A stretch of DNA of 64,000 nt from Flavobacteriales bacterium. Its GTDB lineage: Bacteria; Bacteroidota; Bacteroidia; Flavobacteriales_F; PHOS-HE28. Below are positions 59,631 to 64,000 of the stretch, in pieces (the stretch's first letter is position 1; each line of letters begins with the position of its first letter). The stretch spans positions 4,216 through 68,215 of the forward strand of contig JBKJPT010000164.1 of NCBI GenBank assembly GCA_046595075.1, in the 5' to 3' direction. The notes under the pieces are model-generated. The model did no database searches, was not told the DNA's origin, and saw only the letters and a list, made by a program, of their open reading frames with translations. The position numbers were made by a program, and so were the translations under genes.

Positions 59631-59680
59631 AACATTGATACCACGTTCACGGAACACGTTCCTCCGTGCCTCTGTGGTGA
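59597..59680. repeat. perfect 15-bp inverted repeat (tcaccacagaggcac / gtgcctctgtggtga) separated by 54 nt, bridging the pssA 3' end and the purS 5' region
   Basis: Read directly from the sequence. The left arm (59597-59611) lies inside the pssA codons LHHRGTV. The right arm (59666-59680) ends 13 nt before the purS ATG. Confidence 0.85.
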
Positions 59681-59693
59681 ATCTCTCCGATCC

Positions 59694-59948
59694 ATGAAGA
59701 ACTTCCGCGCCTCCATCGATGTAATGCCTCACGACAACTTGCTCGATCCGCAAGGCAAGGCCGTTACCGGCGCCATGGGCAATATGGGGCTGGCCGAGAT
59801 CAGTGGCGTACGCATAGGCAAGCACATCACCCTTCAGGTGGAGGCCGCGGACAAAAAGGCCGCTGAAGCCAAAGTGGACGAGGCGTGCAAGAAGTTGCTG
59901 GCCAACCAGATCATGGAGAAGTACGTGTTCTCGATCGAGGAAGCGTGA
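59694..59948 (+). CDS. purS: phosphoribosylformylglycinamidine synthase subunit PurS
   Basis: 84 aa. MKNFRASIDVMPHDNLLDPQGKAV...EKYVFSIEEA is the typical PurS sequence. Confidence 0.85.
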   Translation: MKNFRASIDVMPHDNLLDPQGKAVTGAMGNMGLAEISGVRIGKHITLQVEAADKKAAEAKVDEACKKLLANQIMEKYVFSIEEA

Positions 59949-60043
59949 CCGCTTGCAAAGGGAAAGCGGAGGGGTGAACGCACAAGGAGATTAGGTCGCG
60001 GAACGAGGCTCCTTCTTGCCACTTCGAACGCCCGCCTTCCTCC

Positions 60044-60781
60044 TTACACCTTCGGAACCGCGCGGCGCAGCACGAAGTTCCTTCCCAAGTACTTCGTCCG
60101 CACTTCCTCATCACCCGCGAGCTCTTCCGCAGTGCCTTGCTTGAGGATCTTCCCTTCGTAAAGCAAGTATGCGCGATCGGTGATGCTCAACGTCTCCTGC
60201 ACGTTGTGATCGGTGATCAGCACACCGATGTTCCTCTTCTTCAGCTGGCTCACGATCCCTTGGATATCCTCCACGGCGATAGGGTCCACACCGGCGAAGG
60301 GCTCATCGAGCAAGATGAAGCGAGGCTCCGTGGCCAGTGCGCGCGCGATCTCGGTGCGTCGTCGTTCGCCGCCGCTGAGCACATCGCCCATGTTCTTGCG
60401 CACATGCTGCAGGTGGAATTCGTTCAGCAAGGATTCCAACTTCGCGGCCTGTTCCTCCTTGGTGCGATCGGTCATCTCCAGGATCGCGCGAATGTTGTCC
60501 TCGACGGTCAGCTTTCGGAAGACGCTCGCCTCTTGCGGCAGGTAACCGATGCCCAGCTTGGCGCGCTTGTACATCGGCAGGTCGGTGATCTCGGTATCGT
60601 CGAGCAGTACGCGGCCTTCGTTCGGCTTTACAAGGCCCACGATGGTGTAGAAGGTGGTGGTCTTGCCCGCACCGTTGGGGCCTAGCAATCCCACGATCTC
60701 GCCCTGGTTCACTTCCACGCTCACGCCTCCTACAACGGTGCGTCGCTTGTAGCGTTTGAAGATGTTCTCGGTGCGCAGCAT
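60044..60781 (-). CDS. lptB: LPS export ABC transporter ATP-binding protein
   Basis: Walker [13 protein letters not shown], signature [15 protein letters not shown], Walker [12 protein letters not shown]. 245 aa. Confidence 0.85.
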   Translation of the reverse strand: MLRTENIFKRYKRRTVVGGVSVEVNQGEIVGLLGPNGAGKTTTFYTIVGLVKPNEGRVLLDDTEITDLPMYKRAKLGIGYLPQEASVFRKLTVEDNIRAILEMTDRTKEEQAAKLESLLNEFHLQHVRKNMGDVLSGGERRRTEIARALATEPRFILLDEPFAGVDPIAVEDIQGIVSQLKKRNIGVLITDHNVQETLSITDRAYLLYEGKILKQGTAEELAGDEEVRTKYLGRNFVLRRAVPKV

Positions 60782-60782
60782 G

Positions 60783-63284
60783 CTAGAAGTTGATCACGAT
60801 CTTACCGCGTAATGCGAACGGCGAAGTTCCGGGATGATCGTTGTACCGCAACCGCCAGATGATATCGAAGCGCAACACCTTGAGGATGTTCTCGACCCCT
60901 GCGCTCACCTCCATGAACGGACCGTTGTACAAACCGTACATGTTGGGCAGCAAAAGCAGTTCGTCGAAGTGCTTGGGATCAAGATCGCCGGCTACGCCCT
61001 TGAAGCAGGCCACCTCCCGCCACTTCAACCGGCGCATGAGCGGGATACGATTGAGGAAGAGCCCTTCGAAATGGTGTTCGGCGGTGAACTGCACATAACG
61101 ATCGCTGATGAATTCGAAGAATCGCATGGTATTGAACGATACATCGTCGAGGTAGAACGTCTCGTTGCCACTGTGGACAGTGAGCAACGGATAGGGCAGG
61201 GTGCCGAAGATCTTCCCGCCTTCGAGCGTGGTACGCGTCCAGCCGATCGATCCCAATTGCCACCGTTTGTAAATGCGACCCACCACCTTGGTGTACTCGA
61301 AGTCGCTGTCCAGCAGACCGGGTATGCCGTAGGCCACGTGCAGCTCCAACGTGGGGTATTTGTTGAATCCCACGCTCACGCGATCGAACTCGCCGCTCAC
61401 GAACTTCTCGTGGTATAAGAAGCGCGTATTGAGCGAGACCTCGGCGGTGCGGATGCTGTTGACCGTGATTAGGGTAAGGTCCTCGGCGATCTTCTCATAG
61501 CGGAGCGTTCCGAGCGGCTGTAGCGTGCGGTAGCGGAACAGCACTTCGTTGGTGAACCCGGTGAACCATTCGCGCTCCAGACCTGCACGCCATTGTTCCA
61601 CATCGGTGAGCTTGTTGTTCGGGTTGACGCGGAACACGCTGCCCAGGATGTTGTCGTTGCGGAACGCATTCACGCTCTGCCCCAGTTGTTCGATGTCGTG
61701 CTTATAGCCCAGTTTGTACAACAAGCGCGGTTCTTTACTAATGAACCCGCGAGTCGCCAAGCCGAACTTGAAGCGTTCGTCCAAGGTGCCATAGGCGGCA
61801 TACCCATCGAACTCCACCCACTTGCTGAACCGGTTGCTCGTGCGGCCACCCAGTCGGAAGCGCGCGCCTTCCACAGCATTGAAACTGAAGGTGGTGAAGT
61901 AGGGACCGTACTGGATATCACCGCGCTCGTAGTAACCGCTGACCACCGTGCTCACGATGTCCAAGTACGTGCGGAAGCGCGGGATGGTCTTCATCGTATC
62001 CACCATGTGGTAGATGGTGTTCTCCTTGGCGGTTAGCGGCACGTGCCGATGCGTGTCCCAATAGTCGGCTCCGAGGCTCAAGGGTTCTATGGCCATCACC
62101 ACCTGGTCCACACCTTCATAGAACTCGGGTGGTTTGATCTCGTTGATGGTGAAGTCGCGGTACGTGGCAGTGCGTCTTCCATAGAAACCCTGGACAGCGT
62201 TCTTGCTGGGCTTGCCTGTGTCCTTTACCATGTTGAGGTCCACCACGAGCTCGTCGCGGGTGAGCATCCACACTTCGTTCTGCACTTGATCGTACTGCTG
62301 CCGCACCCAGAAACCCTGCACGAAGTTGAGGTTGGCGCCTTGTGCAATGCCGGCTTCCAAACGCTTCACCGCATAGGTGGTATCGTTGATCCACACGGTG
62401 CCTTGGAACGCGAGTTCCTGCACGCGCCTGGGTTTGAATTCCAGTTTGTAGCACCAGTACTTCCCGATGAAAAGGCTGTCGGTGAGGTAGTAGTCGTAGA
62501 AACCCTTGCCGCCATCGGCGATGGGGCTGATGAAGTTCTTGCCGAAGATCACGAGGAAGTTCTCGTAGATGTTCACGTTCTGGTACATGTCCCCCATGAA
62601 CAGTCCGATGCTCTCGTTCTCCACCCCGCTCACCTTAGTGCCCCGGATGAACTCGCGTTGGGTCTTGGGCTTTTGCCGGTAGTAAACGTCGCTGAGGCTT
62701 TCTGTCATGAAGATCGGCAGCGCGGGTTTCGCATCGGTGCTGTCGATGTTGTCGAAGATGAAGGCGAAGTGCTTGAAGATCTTCTTCTTGGTGAAGTCCT
62801 CGGTGATGTTGTTGAGGTCGAACTCGATCTTGTTGTACGCCTCGTACTCGTACGCCTCTAGCTTCTCCCTGTTGTTCGTGGGCTTGTGCTGGATCACACG
62901 GCGCAGGATACCAAAGGCGGGGTTTTCACCCGTGGGCACGATCTCCACTTCGGCCAAGCTGGTAGAGCTGGCCTCCAAAACCACAGCGATCGTTTGCGTG
63001 CGGTCCTTCTTCACCCCGAACCGGCGGGTGACATAGCCCACACTGGTGAAGATCAGCGTATCGGTTGCGTAATAGGTATCGAAGTGGTACCGGCCGTCCA
63101 TGTCAGTGACGGTGCCGATACGGCTGTCCATGAAGGCGATGCTGACGAAGGGTATGGGCTGACCAGTGATGCCATCGGTCACGGTTCCGCTCACCTTGGT
63201 GCTTTGTGCCATGCCGCTCGCCGCAACGCAAATCACGAGGACCAGCGAGGCGACAAGCCGGTGCATTGCCATGGACGCCTTCAT
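60783..63284 (-). CDS. carboxypeptidase-regulatory-like domain + DUF5686-family protein (outer-membrane-associated)
   Basis: Signal peptide. N-terminal CarbopepD_reg-like domain ([39 protein letters not shown]). 833 aa. Architecture common in Bacteroidota. Confidence 0.6.
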   Translation of the reverse strand: MKASMAMHRLVASLVLVICVAASGMAQSTKVSGTVTDGITGQPIPFVSIAFMDSRIGTVTDMDGRYHFDTYYATDTLIFTSVGYVTRRFGVKKDRTQTIAVVLEASSTSLAEVEIVPTGENPAFGILRRVIQHKPTNNREKLEAYEYEAYNKIEFDLNNITEDFTKKKIFKHFAFIFDNIDSTDAKPALPIFMTESLSDVYYRQKPKTQREFIRGTKVSGVENESIGLFMGDMYQNVNIYENFLVIFGKNFISPIADGGKGFYDYYLTDSLFIGKYWCYKLEFKPRRVQELAFQGTVWINDTTYAVKRLEAGIAQGANLNFVQGFWVRQQYDQVQNEVWMLTRDELVVDLNMVKDTGKPSKNAVQGFYGRRTATYRDFTINEIKPPEFYEGVDQVVMAIEPLSLGADYWDTHRHVPLTAKENTIYHMVDTMKTIPRFRTYLDIVSTVVSGYYERGDIQYGPYFTTFSFNAVEGARFRLGGRTSNRFSKWVEFDGYAAYGTLDERFKFGLATRGFISKEPRLLYKLGYKHDIEQLGQSVNAFRNDNILGSVFRVNPNNKLTDVEQWRAGLEREWFTGFTNEVLFRYRTLQPLGTLRYEKIAEDLTLITVNSIRTAEVSLNTRFLYHEKFVSGEFDRVSVGFNKYPTLELHVAYGIPGLLDSDFEYTKVVGRIYKRWQLGSIGWTRTTLEGGKIFGTLPYPLLTVHSGNETFYLDDVSFNTMRFFEFISDRYVQFTAEHHFEGLFLNRIPLMRRLKWREVACFKGVAGDLDPKHFDELLLLPNMYGLYNGPFMEVSAGVENILKVLRFDIIWRLRYNDHPGTSPFALRGKIVINF

Positions 63285-64000
63285 GCGCGCGGGACTGCTG
63301 GGGTGTATGTGCTGCGCGCCTGCAGGGAGCGCTTGGTCGCGCGCGCGCTCAGCAGGATGCTGCCTTCATAAAGGAGCATAAGCGGCGCGCTCACAATGAT
63401 CTGGCTGATGACATCAGGCGGAGTGAGCACTGCGGCGATCACCAGAATGCCGACATAGGCATGCTTGCGATGGGTGCGCAGGAAACCGGGTCCCACCACG
63501 CCCATGCGCGTAAGCACCAGCACGATCAGCGGCATTTCGAAGATGAGCCCCGTCCAGAGCGAAACTTGGGTGATGATCCCGATGAAGCTCTCCAGCGCGA
63601 AGTTGTTGGCCACGCTGGGGCTTACCTGATAGTTGCCGAAGAACTGCACCGTAAGGGGCGCAAGCATATAATAACCGAAGAGCACACCGGTAAGGAAGAG
63701 GACCGACCCGAAAGCGACGAAACCCCGAACGGCCTTGCGCTCCTTTTCCCGCAGACCAGGTCCTATGAAGCGCCAAAGCTCCCACAAGATGTACGGGAAG
63801 GCGAGGATGAAACCGGCTACGAAGGCCACGGTCATGTGCGTCATGAACTGGCCGCTCACCGGCAGGTTCTGCAAGGTGAAGCCCAGATCGGTGATGCAGA
63901 TGCCGGGCACGTTCAGCCACTCGCCCAATTTGCAGAAACCGCGATAGGTGATGAACTGTGGATCCCTTGCGGCCAGCACGACCTCTTCGAAGAGAAAGGT
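63281..64000 (-). CDS. tatC: twin-arginine translocase subunit TatC (N-terminus lies beyond the window)
   Basis: 6-TM TatC family (…VAFVAGFILAFPYILWELWRFIGPGL…, …TPPDVISQ…). The reading frame continues to the window edge. Confidence 0.8.
   Translation of the reverse strand, partial: TFLFEEVVLAARDPQFITYRGFCKLGEWLNVPGICITDLGFTLQNLPVSGQFMTHMTVAFVAGFILAFPYILWELWRFIGPGLREKERKAVRGFVAFGSVLFLTGVLFGYYMLAPLTVQFFGNYQVSPSVANNFALESFIGIITQVSLWTGLIFEMPLIVLVLTRMGVVGPGFLRTHRKHAYVGILVIAAVLTPPDVISQIIVSAPLMLLYEGSILLSARATKRSLQARSTYTPAVPRA

Overview
This 64-kb window appears to come from the chromosome of a high-GC (roughly 60%) Bacteroidota genome. Several large secreted proteins end in type IX secretion (T9SS) C-terminal sorting domains (e.g. 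...LVVE, ...LVVL, ...LVVQ). Two tandem exbD genes and a porU-porV gene pair support the same phylum assignment. The window is almost entirely coding and gene-dense, with many 4-nt ATGA start/stop overlaps. I found no rRNA, no CRISPR array and no transposase or integrase.

The window falls into five blocks:
(i) 1-13.9 kb: a Wzx/Wzy-type polysaccharide locus on the minus strand (wza, wzc, wzx, two unknown glycosyltransferase-like genes, wzy-like), followed by a GT4-epimerase-WecB unit that runs off the window edge. A T9SS-secreted parallel beta-helix protein is encoded on the opposite strand in the middle of this locus.
(ii) 14-21.5 kb: housekeeping genes (acyl-CoA dehydrogenase, anmK, a Glu/Leu/Phe/Val-dehydrogenase-family protein, exbB-exbD-exbD-tonB, folC) and two tandem tRNA-Val genes with a terminator.
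(iii) 21.6-33 kb: a translationally coupled light/carotenoid operon: ECF sigma factor, crtI, crtB, idi, photolyase, a small ORF, crtZ and a SAM-dependent methyltransferase. It is followed by a PduO-type cobalamin adenosyltransferase, a DUF2795 protein and secA.
(iv) 33-41 kb: an accessory-looking patch. It holds an orphan T9SS C-terminal-domain fragment that is a paralog of the neighbouring gene's C-terminus, a DsbB-like membrane protein, and two giant paralogous T9SS cargo proteins (516 and about 1515 aa). A divergently transcribed XRE-family regulator carries a 15-G homopolymer inside its coding sequence. I regard this putative phase-variable surface-protein module as the best candidate for something undescribed.
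(v) 41-64 kb: comM, gmhA, a dsbD with an additional stand-alone DsbD N-terminal-domain gene, tilS, pabB, another T9SS-type secreted protein, lnt, an unusually long porU with porV, pssA, purS, lptB, a DUF5686 protein and tatC (partial).

In the supplied ORF track the first residue M can correspond to TTG or GTG start codons (TTG at 22121, GTG at 19963). Several listed ORFs carry spurious N-terminal extensions; the clearest are 21354..22124 and 24660..26360. One real gene, the edge-truncated WecB-family gene at 1..715 (-), is absent from the track. All functional calls rest on my own reading of the translated sequences against protein families I remember. No database search was run.
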